A stretch of DNA of 63,962 bases, counting the filler, from Octopus bimaculoides (Eukaryota), in assembly GCF_001194135.2 (NCBI RefSeq). It is 6 parts of 6 records of this genome, joined end to end, with 100 filler letters (N's around TTAATTAATTAA, not from the genome) between each part and the next. Parts side by side here need not be neighbours in the genome. Positions count along the whole stretch, not along the records: positions 20,254 to 43,759 come from NC_068994.1; positions 43,860 to 59,317 come from NC_068982.1; 4 more parts are not named here. The stretch is one strand, 5' to 3'. The notes beneath the pieces are model-generated. The model made no database searches and had not been told where the DNA came from. It worked only from the letters and a program-made list of their open reading frames with translations. Of this stretch, positions 39,101 through 53,323 are shown piece by piece. Numbering within the stretch: position 1 is the stretch's first letter; every line of letters begins with the position of its first letter. The translations under genes and the position numbers were made by a program.

Positions 39101-41495
39101 GAATAAGACATTCCACCCCTTCTAGTAATCGGAATTACGGTGTTGTGTTCATAATCTCAACGCACTAAGCATTGGAAGTCGTGCTTTCCAGTGAGAATGG
39201 TCTCGGTCCACACACGCGCAGGCACGCACACACACACGCAAACACAGACACGCAGACAAATGATCAAGCGAACACACACAGATATATTCATACACACACA
39301 GGTATACACAGTCACAAATACATCACAAACTGCGTGGAAAATATGAGCCTTCGGATGATGGTGATATGCAAACTCAGTCACCAACATACTGTAACAGCAA
39401 ATTCCTCTTAATAAATAAGATATAACCTTTGAATTAGTGGCGTAGCTAGAATAGTGTGTACCTGGACCATTTTGAGATTTCCCCCCGTCCTGCACCCCAC
39501 CCTATTCACGTTTATTCGGAAGACCCAAAACTACTTCCCAATAAAACATTCGACTACAGCTGACAGCCTTCTCATTCCACTAACTAAACTATGGCATTCT
39601 ACCCAACTCCACAAATCTCGCGCAACACAATTTTTGACAAATATTTCTATTTAAAGCTGCAACCAGCTGAAGATTATCTTCGCGGATGCATTTTCCCTAC
39701 AAATATGGATATATTGATGTTTTGGCTGAACGTCTATCCACTGCAACGATTCCATCGTTGTTAATTGACGTAGAAAGTTCAGGACACTGTCGTTCCTTTC
39801 GTGAGTAACTAAACTATGATATAGTAAAAATATAGTGCAATACAACCAGGCGTACATATCCCATATGAGTCGAAACCGTAACCTAGAATATACATCCTCG
39901 TTTCACCAAGCAAATTCAGTTAACATAGCTCAATAATGTCCATTTATGCGCTTCTCACTTAACAAAATATTGACCCTTTGTGCTTGGTGAGCAAAGAGAA
40001 GCCAATATTTAGATAAATTACCATAGAAACAACTGTCTGCTACGCTAGAGTTCATTATCCAGACTTAAATATCAATACAAGTGTGCTCTATTGATTCTTA
40101 ATCGATTATATATATGTTCTTTAGCCAACGTTATCCAAACCTACCACTACCAACATCAAACTATTTTAAGGTAGCCTCATTAATCAATTTTATATCTTAA
40201 GGTGTTTACTTTTGTCACAATATTAACTCTTCGTAGATAAATACGTACCACGATAGCACGCATTTAACAATACTTTGTTTTCTGTTCTTTAGAAGCAGCT
40301 GAATAAACAAGGAAACTGATGCCGTTTTACAGTATACATTTCCAGAAAGCACGACCAGGCATACACGGAATGATACACACTCATAGATTTATAGGTTTGG
40401 AGACTGATTTCGCGAAACAGAGACACATTCATGGGCATTGCTTATTAATATATTCTCAACACCACGGGATAAGCACACAGTTCACACCGACCGACTTCCG
40501 TACAATGAACGATGAAAATGCTCTCTCCTTATTCCACCATACGGACTTGGGCCAAGATGGCCTAGCAGCAGTAGATTCGACAGCCTTGTCATTAGAACGT
40601 CATGAGCTGGATGAGATACTTCGTTTTGCCTGACCGTCTAATCACTTCGACAATATAACGGTTTGCTTAGTATTTTTTATCGACAAAAAAAAAAGCAGAA
40701 ATTAACGTAAGTTTAGCTGGCATCGGCAGAATTTCAACACAACAAAGAATTCGATGTAAATATTTATGGAACCTGCCAATACTCCTTTTATGTGTCATTT
40801 ATCTACGTAGTTACGTACACACACAGACACACACACAAACACACACAGACACACACACACATGCATACACGCATACACGCATATACATACATATATATAT
40901 ATATATCATTGCGTGTATATACATGTATACCCTTTGTAATATGGAAACATGGCTGATCTGGAAAAGCTCCTTCGACCCCGCTACATGTCCAAATACAAGA
41001 ACTGAACTTTTGGGAGCATATCTACGTGACAAAACACTTGTTACGGTTTTGGGCGTGCCCAAGATCAAGGCTAGAATCCACATGTTTACTATGTTCCTGC
41101 ACAAGCTTCCCATTTATCTTAACTTCTTTTAATTTTATATATATATATCTCTAATTTTAATTTTTTTCATTTTTACTTGTGTGAATGTGTACGTGTGCGA
41201 GTATATGTATATGTATGTNNNNNNNNNNNNNNNNNNNNNNNNNNNNNNNNNNNNNNNNNNNNNNNNNNNNNNNNNNNNNNNNNNNNNNNNNNNNNNNNNN
41301 NNNNNNNNNNNNNNNNNNNNNNNNNNNNNNNNNNNNNNNNNNNNNNNNNNNNNNNNNNNNNNNNNNNNNNNNNNNNNNNNNNNNNNNNNNNNNNNNNNNN
41401 NNNNNNNNNNNNNNNNNNNNNNNNNNNNNNNNNNNNNNNNNNNNNNNNNNNNNNNNNNNNNNNNNNNNNNNNNNNNNNNNNNNNNNNNNNNNNNN

Positions 41496-41529
<34 letters not shown>

Positions 41530-41916
41530 TATAGCATATAAATAATACTCTATTGTATCTAATATCGATGTCTCATTTTTTTGTTGTTACATTTTTTATT
41601 ATTATTATTACACACGCACACACACACACACACATATACGCTTATGAATTTGTGATGTGAAACCGTGTGTTGAAACATATCACTGTATTTCGGGATGATC
41701 ATATATTTTTGGCCAAATATACACACGCATTATATATATTCGGTCTTCACTCGTTTATTACTGTTCTTATTCTAACTCTTGATCATTGTCCGGAAATCTT
41801 TCGTCACACATCTCAGACCTCCTCAGTGACACTTTCTGTCTCCGTGCGTGCTCTTGCTCAGCTTAATCCATTCTCTTCTTTTATGTTGTCTATCTTTATA
41901 TGCGCATGTGACAGTC

Positions 41917-41951
<35 letters not shown>

Positions 41952-42089
41952 ATATGTGTGTGTGTCTGTGTGTTTTTGCCATTGTTCTTAGTAGTACTAT
42001 GACCCTCAGCCCCGTCCCCCAACCCTCTGCTGCTGCTGCTGCTGCTCCTGACCCCGATTTTTGTAACGTTCTTGTAACTCATTGTGTTT

Positions 42090-43450
42090 CATGGTTTTCA
42101 TTTCCCCATGTCAGGTAACATTTTCTCCGCTGAAATTTTAACCCTTATCCTCTCCAACACCGTCCGCTGGTCACCAACAGATCAAGCAGTTTCTGGGAAA
42201 ACGAGACATGACATATCGTCAAAGTTAGCTCGAACACCTTGTATTTACGTGACTTCTGCTGTTAGGCTGCATCTTCAATAAGTGAACTTTATTGACTTGT
42301 TCATTGAGAATTGTAATATGGTTAATATCAATTTGATAAATATTTGTTGAACACTCCTTTCTGTTTTTCTCTAATTCTTATATAGTTACTTATTGCTTTA
42401 AGACGATTCTTTTCAACTGTTAATAAAATATTTACCAATACAGGAAATGCTGCTGGGGTACGCTTACATCAACAAAAGCAGCATTTATAATCAGATTTAT
42501 ACTTGCTAGAATCAACATATTACGAGGCGATATCATCAACCACATTTAAACTTTCTAGTTTTCATGTTTATCATGTGTGTGTGTGTGTGCATATATATGT
42601 GTGTATGAGTATGTGTGTGCATGTATATGGATACGTATGCGTGTATGTATGTGTGTATGTATGTATGGATGTATGTATGTATGTGTACGTAATTACGTCA
42701 TGCCGCCATACATTTTACAATATTTTACGAAGCAGTTTCCTTTTACGAGACCAATTTCCTCAAATTAACTCATATCACTCATATTAAAGTCTTTATCTTT
42801 AATTTTGGCGTTCCTCTTTCTTCCCTTGTGTACCTCCAAGATAGCAATTCTATGTCTATTTCTCGCGGCACCATTCTTTGTTAATACTACACACCTATAT
42901 TAGAGAATCTCGTTAGTAAGTTGCTGCTGTATTCTTTATAGGCAGTTGGGTACTTTTCTCTTTGCCATTCCTTCTTTTGTTTTGATGGGTTTAGTTTCTT
43001 GTCTCCCACCTACCTTACCGAAGGCCAGACATTTTACACGATGTCTATCATAATTATGAAATGTGGGAATACCATCTATTGTTTCAGGGTTTCAACTATC
43101 TAACTCATATTCTTGTTTGATATCACTCGTGGTGGAACAGAATATTATTGATGGAAGAGTATCAGTGGAGGAATATTTCATATAAAATAATGGACTTCCC
43201 TGCCTTTTCTTAATATACATTGTATATATATTATTCAGATTTCATTTCCTATACTCACTCTTGTTGCGCTACTAAATATCTTCCGTAAATACATAACTTA
43301 TACACGAGTCCAGCCTTCAAAAACTTATATAGAGAATGAAGAAATTTAAGAGCCAAAAGGTATTTTATTCCAAGACAAACAACCACTAAAAACAGATACT
43401 GTTCAACAAGATCTTCGAAATTGCAGCTGCTTGGGAGATGAGATATCAAA
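42090..43450 (-). pseudogene. Possible ancient L1/Tx1 LINE relic
   Basis: Weak motifs in the expected order: NTFW...RLDS (endonuclease), DGIP, VRANFDDMSCLV...VKISAEK (YADD-like). Confidence 0.35.
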
Positions 43451-43859
43451 TAGTTATTAAACGTGATATATGCATTCCATCATTGCGACCTCACAATATG
43501 TAAGGATGCGCAATCTGTATGTAACTGACATAATTCATTCTTTTCTCAGCCGTATATTTTCATGCGATTCTCCACCGGTTATTATGTCAAAACATGTTTG
43601 CGATATTTATTAATTAATAAAAAACATATTCGACCGATATATTATTAGTAGTAAATCATTTTCAAAGTAGATTTTAAGGTCTAAAAATTAATTGTCATCC
43701 CTACAACTTTCATGCATGTAAATATCTCAAAATAAATGTTTTGGTATATATATATATATNNNNNNNNNNNNNNNNNNNNNNNNNNNNNNNNNNNNNNNNN
43801 NNNTTAATTAATTAANNNNNNNNNNNNNNNNNNNNNNNNNNNNNNNNNNNNNNNNNNNN

Positions 43860-43891
<32 letters not shown>

Positions 43892-43959
43892 AATAACTGA
43901 GACTGTGGCACATTGCTATACTTGAGAAGACCCAACCACCACAACAGAATAGAGATCCT

Positions 43960-44215
43960 TAAACCAAAGTGCCATGTAAAAAGCACTGGTGTCAGTGCCA
44001 CATAAAAACAATGGTGATGCTGCCACATAAAAAGCACCCAGTACACTCTGTAAAGTGGCTAGTGTTAGGAAGGGCATCCAGCTGTCAAAATCAAGCTGAA
44101 ACAGACTATGGAACCAGGTGCCGCACCTGTCCTTGCCAGTTCCTGTCAAGCCATCCAACCCATGCCAGCACAGAAAATGGACAGTAAATATTGTTGATGA
44201 TGATGATGATGATAT
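43960..44215 (+). mobile_element. SINE-like element with AGGAAGGGCATCC motif and (GAT)n tail
   Basis: GTAAAGTGGCTAGTGTTAGGAAGGGCATCCAGC...CCCATGCCAGCA...GATGATGAT. Confidence 0.75.
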
Positions 44216-44879
44216 AAATGTGTATTGAAGAGATGGCCTTCAAATCATATGGATACAAAGTAATATCTTTATGTAGATTTCTGGAGAATCTACTAGAATA
44301 GATGCAAGCGCTAATTTATAAAAACATGTGGCATATTAATAAAAATCTGTAAATATACAACCATCGAAATATCTGAGTACCTTATTATTTTTTCTAATAT
44401 ATATATATATATACACACACACATATATATATATGTATATATATAGACACAGTCACACATACACGCACGTATTCATATATGTATGTTATTCTAATCATCA
44501 TCACCTTCAATGAAAGGTCAAAGTATAAAAAAAAAAAGATCCAGAACATTACAGGCTTTCTTGCTGTTAAGAAGTTACATGATTGTTCACATTTTAAACA
44601 AGTGGATAGAAATAACCAGGATGGACCTGGATACTGAGATGAAATAGTGATGATGAATTGTGAAGGGGGAGCAGAAATTCAAGGGTGTATGGGGAGAGTG
44701 ATGGTTGGTCAGTGATGGACAATGGGTGAGAGAGAAAATATAATGAAAAACAATGGTCATGGAGTGGATGATAATATATTTTATTACTGCTGTTTATTTT
44801 GTGTGTGCCTGTGCATAGTTGGTGTGGATCATGTTGTTTCTATTATTCTTCATTGTATTATTTTACTTCAGTCAGATAA

Positions 44880-45060
44880 CACTGTGTAACACGATTTTTG
44901 TTCTTGGGTAGCAACTGTTATTTCCTATTTGGTTACCCCTACAAAGTATGAAAAAATGTATTTGTGAGCAACTTCTATTTGAAAAGGGGAATTTTTCCCA
45001 AAATATATTAGGATTATTAAGCAACCTATGTAAGATAATATTTCCATTCATTTATATTAC
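44880..45060 (-). mobile_element. Chapaev3-type element 3' end, inverted copy
   Basis: TAA|CACTGTGTAACACG...GGGTAGCAACTGTTATTTC is the reverse complement of the 51520-51564 end; body is inverted relative to 45690-45790. Confidence 0.7.
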
Positions 45061-45238
45061 CTCACATATTTTGAATAAGTCCTCACCTACATTGCTCAAA
45101 ATATTTTGCAAATATTTATTTCATATACACATTATTTGTGATGTTACTTATAGTAGCATGCACCAAACCATAGTGGAACACCTTGTTGGACATAAGTAAA
45201 ATAACCATTCCTGCTAATACTAAGTGACTGATAAATTA

Positions 45239-45790
45239 CACTGTGTAACAAAACATTCATTTTTTTGCATTTGATTTTGATCAGTAAGTGTTATTTCCTA
45301 TTTGTTTCTATCTAGAAATCAAAGGAAATGACTACTTTTCTCTCCAGACTTTGCTTTTATGAACTGGACATCAATGTTTTGAAACTGACCTATTTTCCAT
45401 AACATTTAAAACAGATTCAGCGCTGAGTTGCTGAAGCAGAAATAGCATTATAACAAATATTTGCTCAATACCCCAGATTTGCTTGTCAGTTCCTTGACTT
45501 TAACCACTCGAACATGTCCTTTAGTGGCTAACAACATGTGTGTCTCTGATCATGAGCAGGAGTAGTTGGGGAGCATCATAGCCATGTGTTGAGAGGGAAT
45601 CTTTGTGATTTGAATACATGTAACAAAAGCAAAGTTTGGAGGAAATATTAACAGCTGTAAGTAACATCATAAATGTTATGTAAATATTTGTAAAACATTT
45701 TGAATGGAAACATTACTTTACATAGGTTGCTTAACAATCCTATAACATTTCATGAAAAACTCCTCTTTTCAAATAAAGAAGTCACTCACA
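45239..45790 (+). mobile_element. Chapaev3-type non-autonomous element
   Basis: TTA|CACTGTGTAACAAAA start; first 200 bp homologous to 50966-51160. Confidence 0.75.
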
Positions 45791-46569
45791 AATACATTCC
45801 AACTTGGGGCACACAAATATGTTGAGTACTTTCTCATTTTTCTACCACTACTAAAGTGGCCTCTGTTCATCATAGTGCCATTTTTACTTATGCACTCATG
45901 GCTCACTCACTGCTCCTCCTCTTGTCACCCATACTGTCCCCCTGACAAACAGCACTCTATGTTCAGTTACTTCTCTCCAGAGTGTTAGCCCTCTGTATTG
46001 GTAGACACATACATAAAATAATATACATCATTATCATCATCATTGCTTTGGTGTTCACTTTTCCATACTTGCATGGGTTCAATGGAGTTCATTGAAGTTT
46101 ATTTTCTGCAGCTGAATGCATTTCCTGTTAGCAACTTTTACCTGTTTTCAAACCAGGTAATATTTCTCCATGGCTAGACATATTTTTATGGAAGACTAGA
46201 AATGACTTATTCCACTAGTATAATGGTGATGTTCATTTACAACTACTATATGATGTCAAGAGAAAGAGGCATAAACACACACATAAACGTGCATGTTTTG
46301 TGCAACTGATCTCTATAATAGGATGCAATAAAGTGTTCTCTTTACAATCCTCTGCAGTTGGGCATTTAAGTGCACTTGGATCATCCAATTAAACTGCACT
46401 GGTGAAATGTATGTGAGAACTAAATATTTATACAGATGTAAATCTTAATTTCCCACTATGTATTCATTCAGTTATCTAAGCCTGAAGAGCTAGGTTTGTT
46501 TTATGAGCCCACAACACTTTAAGTTGCAAGGAACTAAGTCAGACTGTTATATAGCTGTTATATAACTGT

Positions 46570-46614
<45 letters not shown>

Positions 46615-46618
<4 letters not shown>

Positions 46619-46775
46619 TGGGCTTCTTTTGATTTCTGTCTACCAAATCAACTGACAAGGCTTTGGTTGGTCCAGGACTATTGGAGAACACACTCCTTCA
46701 AAGTACCACAGAGTGAGATTGAACCCAAAACCACATAGTTGGGAAGCAAACTTCTCAACCACATAATCATGCTTG
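46615..46775 (-). mobile_element. V-domain SINE 5' part, older copy
   Basis: GGGCTTCTTTTGATTTCTGTCTACCAAATC...GGCTTTGGTTGG. Confidence 0.8.
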
Positions 46776-46811
46776 CACCTTATATGTATGTATGTATGTA
46801 TGTATGTATCT

Positions 46812-47040
46812 ATCTTATTTATTGCCCACAAGGGGCTAAACATAGAGGGGACAAACAAGGACAGACAAAGGGATTAAGTCGATTACATTGACCCCAGTGC
46901 CTAACTGGTACTTAATTTATCGACCCTGAAAGGATGAAAGGCAAAGTCGACCTTGGCAGAATTTGAACTCAGAATGTAACGACAGACGAAATACCGCTAG
47001 GCATTTCGTCCAGCGCACTAACGTTTCTGCCAGCTCGCCT
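46812..47040 (-). mobile_element. Meta-domain SINE
   Basis: Near-identical to 15565-15800. Confidence 0.9.
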
Positions 47041-47587
47041 ATCTATCTATCTATCTATTTATCTATCTGTCTGTCGGTCTGTCTATCTATCTATCTATCA
47101 ATACATACATACATAAATACATACACACATGTACACACATACATACACACACACACACACATACATACATACATACATACGCACACACACATACATACAT
47201 ACATACATACATTTAGATAGATCAATAGAGAGANNNNNNNNNNNNNNNNNNNNNNNNNNNNNNNNNNNNNNNNNNNNNNNNNNNNNNNNNNNNNNNNNNN
47301 NNNNNNNNNNNNNNNNNNNNNNNNNNNNNNNNNNNNNNNNNNNNNNNNNNNNNNNNNNNNNNNNNNNNNNNNNNNNNNNNNNNNNNNNNNNNNNNNNNNN
47401 NNNNNNNNNNNNNNNNNNNNNNNNNNNNNNNNNNNNNNNNNNNNNNNNNNNNNNNNNNNNNNNNNNNNNNNNNNNNNNNNNNNNNNNNNNNNNNNNNNNN
47501 NNNNNNNNNNNNNNNNNNNNNNNNNNNATCTATCAATACATACATACATAAATACATACACACATGTACACACATACATACACACAC

Positions 47588-47618
<31 letters not shown>

Positions 47619-48859
47619 TACATACATACATACATACATTTAGATAGATCAATAGAGAGATTACCAATAGAGGTTGAATCCTTTCACTATGACTGCAATA
47701 ATTAAATCAAAAGACCAAATCAAACTTGTGTGATGATATTTATTTTCACACTCATTAACAAGAGATACTGATGTAAAAACGAGTTAAATATTGGCAATAA
47801 TTACAAGAATCAACTGTAATTGTTGTTGCTCTTCGCCACCACTATTGCTGTTGACTGTGTTTGTGTTTTTGTGTTTTATTTTTGATACCTAATTTTTTTA
47901 AAGTCTTTTTTTTTTATTTTGTTAGCATATTTTTTGTTTCGGTGCAAATATTTAAAAAAAAAAATTTATATATATATATATAGATTAATAAAATGGATCA
48001 GTCTTATCCACAATCTCACTACCATCTTTATAGCACCACACACACACACACCCACCCACATGTAACCTTCCTCCCACAACCATTCCCGGGCCCTGATGTT
48101 GTGGAAGAGAAGTTGGAAGAAGTGAGTGGAGGCGAAACTTCAATCCTGGCCCGACCTCACACCTTCCAATACCCACATTAATAACTAATACAAGCATAAC
48201 TGCCACCACTGCTGGTGCCACAACCACCAGCAGCAGCAGCGCCGCCACCACCACCACCACACTACCATCACCGCTACAATCACCACCGTTGACGCTGTCA
48301 CCGCCACCACTTCTGGTTCTATCAACTTTAACAAAATAACTACAAAGCAGATATTACAATACCAACATCGTCATTTAGCATAGGACAAACAACAGCAACA
48401 TAGATAAATAATAAATAATAAACAAATAAAGAAATAAATGAATAAAGAAATAAATAAAAGAAAGAAATAAATAGTAGCAAGGAGGAGCAAGTAGATCAAA
48501 GTTTCATAAAGAAGTTAAAAAAAAAAATATATATATAGGAATAAAATTTTTTAAAAATCAAGAAAAAAGAGAGAAAATTATCAAAAAATAAAAAAAGATA
48601 AAAACAGACTTTATAAAAAATGTTATAAAACTATAAAAAAAAATTAATTCAAAAGATTATTAAAAGCTAAATAAATTATGAAATTTATAAAATTATAAAT
48701 AGTGACAGATAAAAATTATAAAAATTATAAAATTGTAAATATAAAATCATAAAAAAATTATGAAATAATTAAAAATTTAAAAATGAATAAATAAATAAAT
48801 AAATCGAGATTTTAAGACATTGAGATATTATATTCAAAAAGTTATCATCATCATCATCC

Positions 48860-48907
<48 letters not shown>

Positions 48908-50094
48908 TTTTTGATGGTGGCAAGGGTGAGTGGGTTGTTTGTTATTGTTATTGCAGTGATAGTTGCTGTTGTAATTATTGTTTTATTTTTGTTGTTGCTG
49001 TTGGTGTTATTCGGTTGTTTACATTGTTGTTGTTGCTGTAGCTATTGTTGTGGTTTGATTGTTGTTACAAATGTGAATGTTGTTGTGGTTGTTGTTGTTG
49101 AGATTGTTTTACTGTCATGGTCACCATCATCATTAGTATTGTTGCTGTTCATGTTTTGTTGTTGTTGTTGTTGTTGTTGCTGTTGCTGCTGCTGCCAGCC
49201 AATTTAGATTATAATTAATGCTTATCTTGTTTTGTTTCAATGAAACAGCTTTGCTAATGCTATCTTCTGTTTATATTCATGCATAATCAAATCTAGCAAA
49301 ATCAAGGATAAACACTGACTGATGGTCACTTATATAGGGAAAGGGGTATACACTCCACTGGGGTCAGTCGAATGATGGGTACACAGTGGAGAAGTAGGGT
49401 GCTTGGGAGTTAGAGCTGGCTCTGTGATTTCTGACCCAATAATTTCACTTAACCAGATATGAGCACATTTACATACACCCACATACATCTATGCATAAAC
49501 ATGCACATACATGCACACACACATAAAAACATATAAGATTCATTCATGTATAAATGCACATACATGTTGAGATGCATGTACAAAATTTTTGTTGTTTACA
49601 ACCATCCCATACCATTTAGGCAGAGTAACAAGTACTTATGGAGACACATGGTTACATACATGCAAAAATTCCTTTACACATTCATACACATACAAAGAAA
49701 AACACACATTTACACACACTCAAGTTCACATAGTCATTTATATACAAACAAGACAAATACACACACATACTTACAGACTCATATATATATGTATATTTCT
49801 ATGAAACACACATAAATTTCTACACAGTCACAAGCCCATCAACTCCAACAGACAAGGAAACACAGAGATACACACTGACAAATGTATACATATGTACATA
49901 CATAGAATTTTACTGAGAAATAAAATATTCCAACCAAAGAGCTTTATTTTTTTCACTAAGCATTTTCCAATACAAATAGTTTTTATTTAGTTTTGTGTCT
50001 CATGGTCCAGAGTTCAAATGACACTTAAGTCTGATTCGTTATTTTACCCTTCAACTTTCAAGCTCAATAAAACTAAGTACCTACAATACCTGAA

Positions 50095-50490
50095 GGTGTA
50101 GGTATTGCTGTGTGGTAAAAAGTTTGCTTCCCAACTGCATGGTTCTAGGTTCAGTTCCACTGGGTGACACCTTGACAAGTGTCTTCTACTATAACCTCAG
50201 GCCAACCAAAGCTTTGTGAGTGGAGTTGATAGATGGAAACTGAAATAAATCCATCTTATGTTTATATATGTGTGTGTTTTTGTGTCTATGTTTGTCCCCA
50301 CCACTGCTTGACAACAAGTGTTGGTGTATTTATGTCCCTGTAACTTAGTGGTTTAGCAAAAAAGGCTGATAGAATAAATACCAGGTTACAAAAATGTATT
50401 GGGTTTGATTCATTCAACTAAAAATTCTTCAAAGCAGTGTATCAGCCTGGCTGCAGTCTAATACCCAAAACAAGTAAAAGATAAAAGATA
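50095..50490 (+). mobile_element. V-domain SINE, older copy
   Basis: Head, V domain and AGTAAAAGATAAAAGA tail. Confidence 0.85.
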
Positions 50491-50579
50491 TATTTTACAA
50501 GGCGTCAAGTAATGTATCTACCCCAACTGGTCAGTTTTTGAACCAAGAACAATAATTTTCATTCTTCATGGGTTGGTTG

Positions 50580-50950
50580 ATTTTATAGAACTGTCAGGCA
50601 AAATGCTTTGTAGTATATAGTTATAAGTCTTTTATATTCTGAGTTCAGATATATGCAGGGTTGACTTTGCTTTCTGTCCTACCAGAGTTGATAAAAAAAA
50701 AATACAAGTCAAGTCCTGGAGTTATTTTATTTAACAATATATAAGTAGGTTGGCAAAATAATCATTAGAGTATTAGACAAAATAACACATGGCATTTGTC
50801 GCAGCTCTTTACATTCTGAGTTCAAATACTGCTGAAGCCAACTATACCTTTCATCTTTCTATGGTTGATAAAAAAAGTTACCGGTCATACATTGGGTTGA
50901 TGTAATTGACTAATCCTTCACCTCAAAAACTGCTAACCTTGTGCCTACAT
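50580..50950 (+). mobile_element. Two degraded Meta-domain SINEs in tandem
   Basis: TTCTGAGTTCA...GACTTTGCTTTC...GTTGATAAAA occurs twice. Confidence 0.65.
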
Positions 50951-50965
50951 TATAAACACTAATTA

Positions 50966-51564
50966 CACTGTGTAACAAAATTTAATTTATTTTTTGTCTT
51001 TGATCAGGAAGTGTTTTTTTTTTGTATCTCTAGAAATCAAAGGAAATGACTACTATTCCCTTCAAACTTTACTTTTGTGACCTGGACATCCAGGTTTTGA
51101 AACTGACCTACTTTCCATTACATTTCAGACAGATTCAGCACTGAATTGCTGAAACAGAATTTTCTAGAACTTTCTAGAGGTTTTGAGAACTTTTGTCAAG
51201 TCTTTAAAAGTTTCAAGAATTTCTAGAATGTTCTGGCAACATAGATGGCAGTATAAATACTGGGATTGTAAGCTCAATGGTTGAGTTTACTTCTAGCTGT
51301 CCAAGTGGAGACAAGTCATTGTTGAGAGCTACATTCATCACAGATGGCATCAAGAGGTTGTAAGCATCCAGCAGACGCATTTTGCTGTCTGTGGCAAATT
51401 TATCAAGACAAGAGTGAAAAAGTACTCTGGCAACATCTGCTAAAATGTGTGAAGCCTACAAGGTATATGTTGTCCTACAAGCAAAGTTTGAAGGAAATAT
51501 TTGTCATTTTTAAGCAAATAAGAAATAACAGTTGCTACCCAAGGAGAAATTGTGTTATACAGTG
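50966..51564 (+). mobile_element. Internally deleted Chapaev3 (CMC) transposon
   Basis: TIRs CACTGTGTAACA / TGTTATACAGTG, TTA TSD on both sides; from 51344 MASRGCKHPADAFC, frameshift, VCGKFIKTRVKKYS...SAKMCEAYK. Confidence 0.85.
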
Positions 51565-52125
51565 TTATAGATTGGGGTAGTGGAGTGGCAAAATCATTAA
51601 AGTGTTAGACTAAATGCTATGAGATTTTTGGTTTAGTTGTTTATATTGTGGGTTCAGATCAGGCTGTAGTAAACTTTGCCTTCATCCTCCTGAGGTTGAT
51701 TTAATCCACTATCTCCTCTCCCTATAATTGCTGGCCTTGTAACAAAATAAGAAAGAATGATCATAACTGTTCTGAAATTAAAGGTGGAAGGAATGAATTG
51801 GTTTAGATAATTTATAGTTCAAATTCTAGTGGAGTCAGTTTTGCATTTCATCACTCTAAGATTGATAAAATAATTACCTCCCTCTCAAGATCAATCAAAC
51901 TGTACCTGTAATATAATGAGAGTCAATTCAATCCATAATATTACTCTCTGACAAATACTGACCTAGTGGCCTGATCTAAAGAAATCAATTTTATTACTGT
52001 ACTCAGTTTGGAGTAGCTGTTATTAGTCTTCTATTCTCTTCCAGCACTGAAGTATTAGTATCTAAAGTAATATTTATTTTATATTCATCATTAAACCATG
52101 TTGTTATCATGTTCATCACCAAACA

Positions 52126-52181
52126 TCAAAATTCATCTCTAAATCGTTCATCAACACCAACAACAGTTGAGTTCACGGTAT
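52126..52181 (-). CDS. Candidate terminal coding exon (xTVNSTVVGVDERFRDEF*)
   Basis: Polypyrimidine tract and TTTCTGCAG acceptor, TGA stop, AATAAA at 52073-52078; reading phase unproven. Confidence 0.35.
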
Positions 52182-53323
52182 CTGCAGAAATCAATTGGTG
52201 AGATGAAAAGAGATAAAAATGTATTAAAAGAAAAGTTAAGGCTTTTGTTGTTCCGTGTCTGTTTGCATAAATATAGGGAAGATTAAGAATGATAATCTTT
52301 ATGGAACACTTTGTTTCATATAAAAAAATAAAAAAATTAAAAGTCTTAGCCAATAAAGAAATAACTGTAGAAAATAAAATGAATAAGAAATAAATTTTAG
52401 AAAATATATTATAAAAACATTAAACCATTACAAACAAATAAACAGACCTAATTTTAAAAAGCTGTTTTTAAAAGTTTGGTTTATCATATGATATTCTGTT
52501 GTCAAATATTTATCACACTCAAGCCAATTATTATGTAAACATCCTTAATTGTTATTGTTGTTACTGTTGTTGTAGGTTTTGGTGCTTTGTTTATTTCATG
52601 CAGTTAGCTCTGTTTCAACTTTGCCTTATGATGATGAGGAGACTCAATAAATTCTTTGTAACAACCTATATATGTTGAACACCTGCATTGTCATATTTCA
52701 GTCAACCCTTTCCAGATCTTATTAAACCTTCTTTAACCTTTTTGGCATCCAAATTACTCTGTCAAGTTGTAATAATCAAGTTGTAATGATGTAATAATCT
52801 TTCATCCTCTGACAAAAGATCACCTCCTCCAATGCTGCCCACCTCTCGAAGATTCCTTATACACACACATGCACACATATGCATAAATATAGGATACATA
52901 TAAAGTGTACATTCGATAGCATAGCTGCTGAACTAAAATTCTACTACCTTATTCATGCAAGTATTCAACTAGACACTAATACACTTAAGAATATGCATTA
53001 AGACACATATTAAACACGTACAAGCTTTATCCTGTATATGTACACATAAACAGACACAGGTATAAAAACACACGCATAAATGCAAACATGACATATATAC
53101 TTATAAAAACATGTATACACACACATTCATACACACACATTTATATATATATATTATATGAGTTTCAAAGGATATACTATCCTGGTGGTTACTGTGTTTC
53201 CTCTTAAGTTGGTTTCAGATGCTGGCTAACCACAATGGTCATTTAGTGATACCTGAGCTAACAATTAGTTCCCACAGTTGAAACACATGTAGGTCCCTAA
53301 TGATGCTGTAAATAATTGTTATA

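Noticed and set aside
39400-41130. Unique-looking ORFs of 60-112 aa
   Set aside because: No recognisable domain or clean splice pair; possibly the decayed remainder of the adjacent LINE relic.
47090-47652. About 140-bp direct repeat on both sides of a gap
   Set aside because: Near-identical overlap across an N run is most simply an unmerged contig overlap or haplotype artefact.
52620-52860. Minus-strand exon NLREVGSIGGGDLLSEDERLL
   Set aside because: Stops occur before any good donor and the acceptor is weak.
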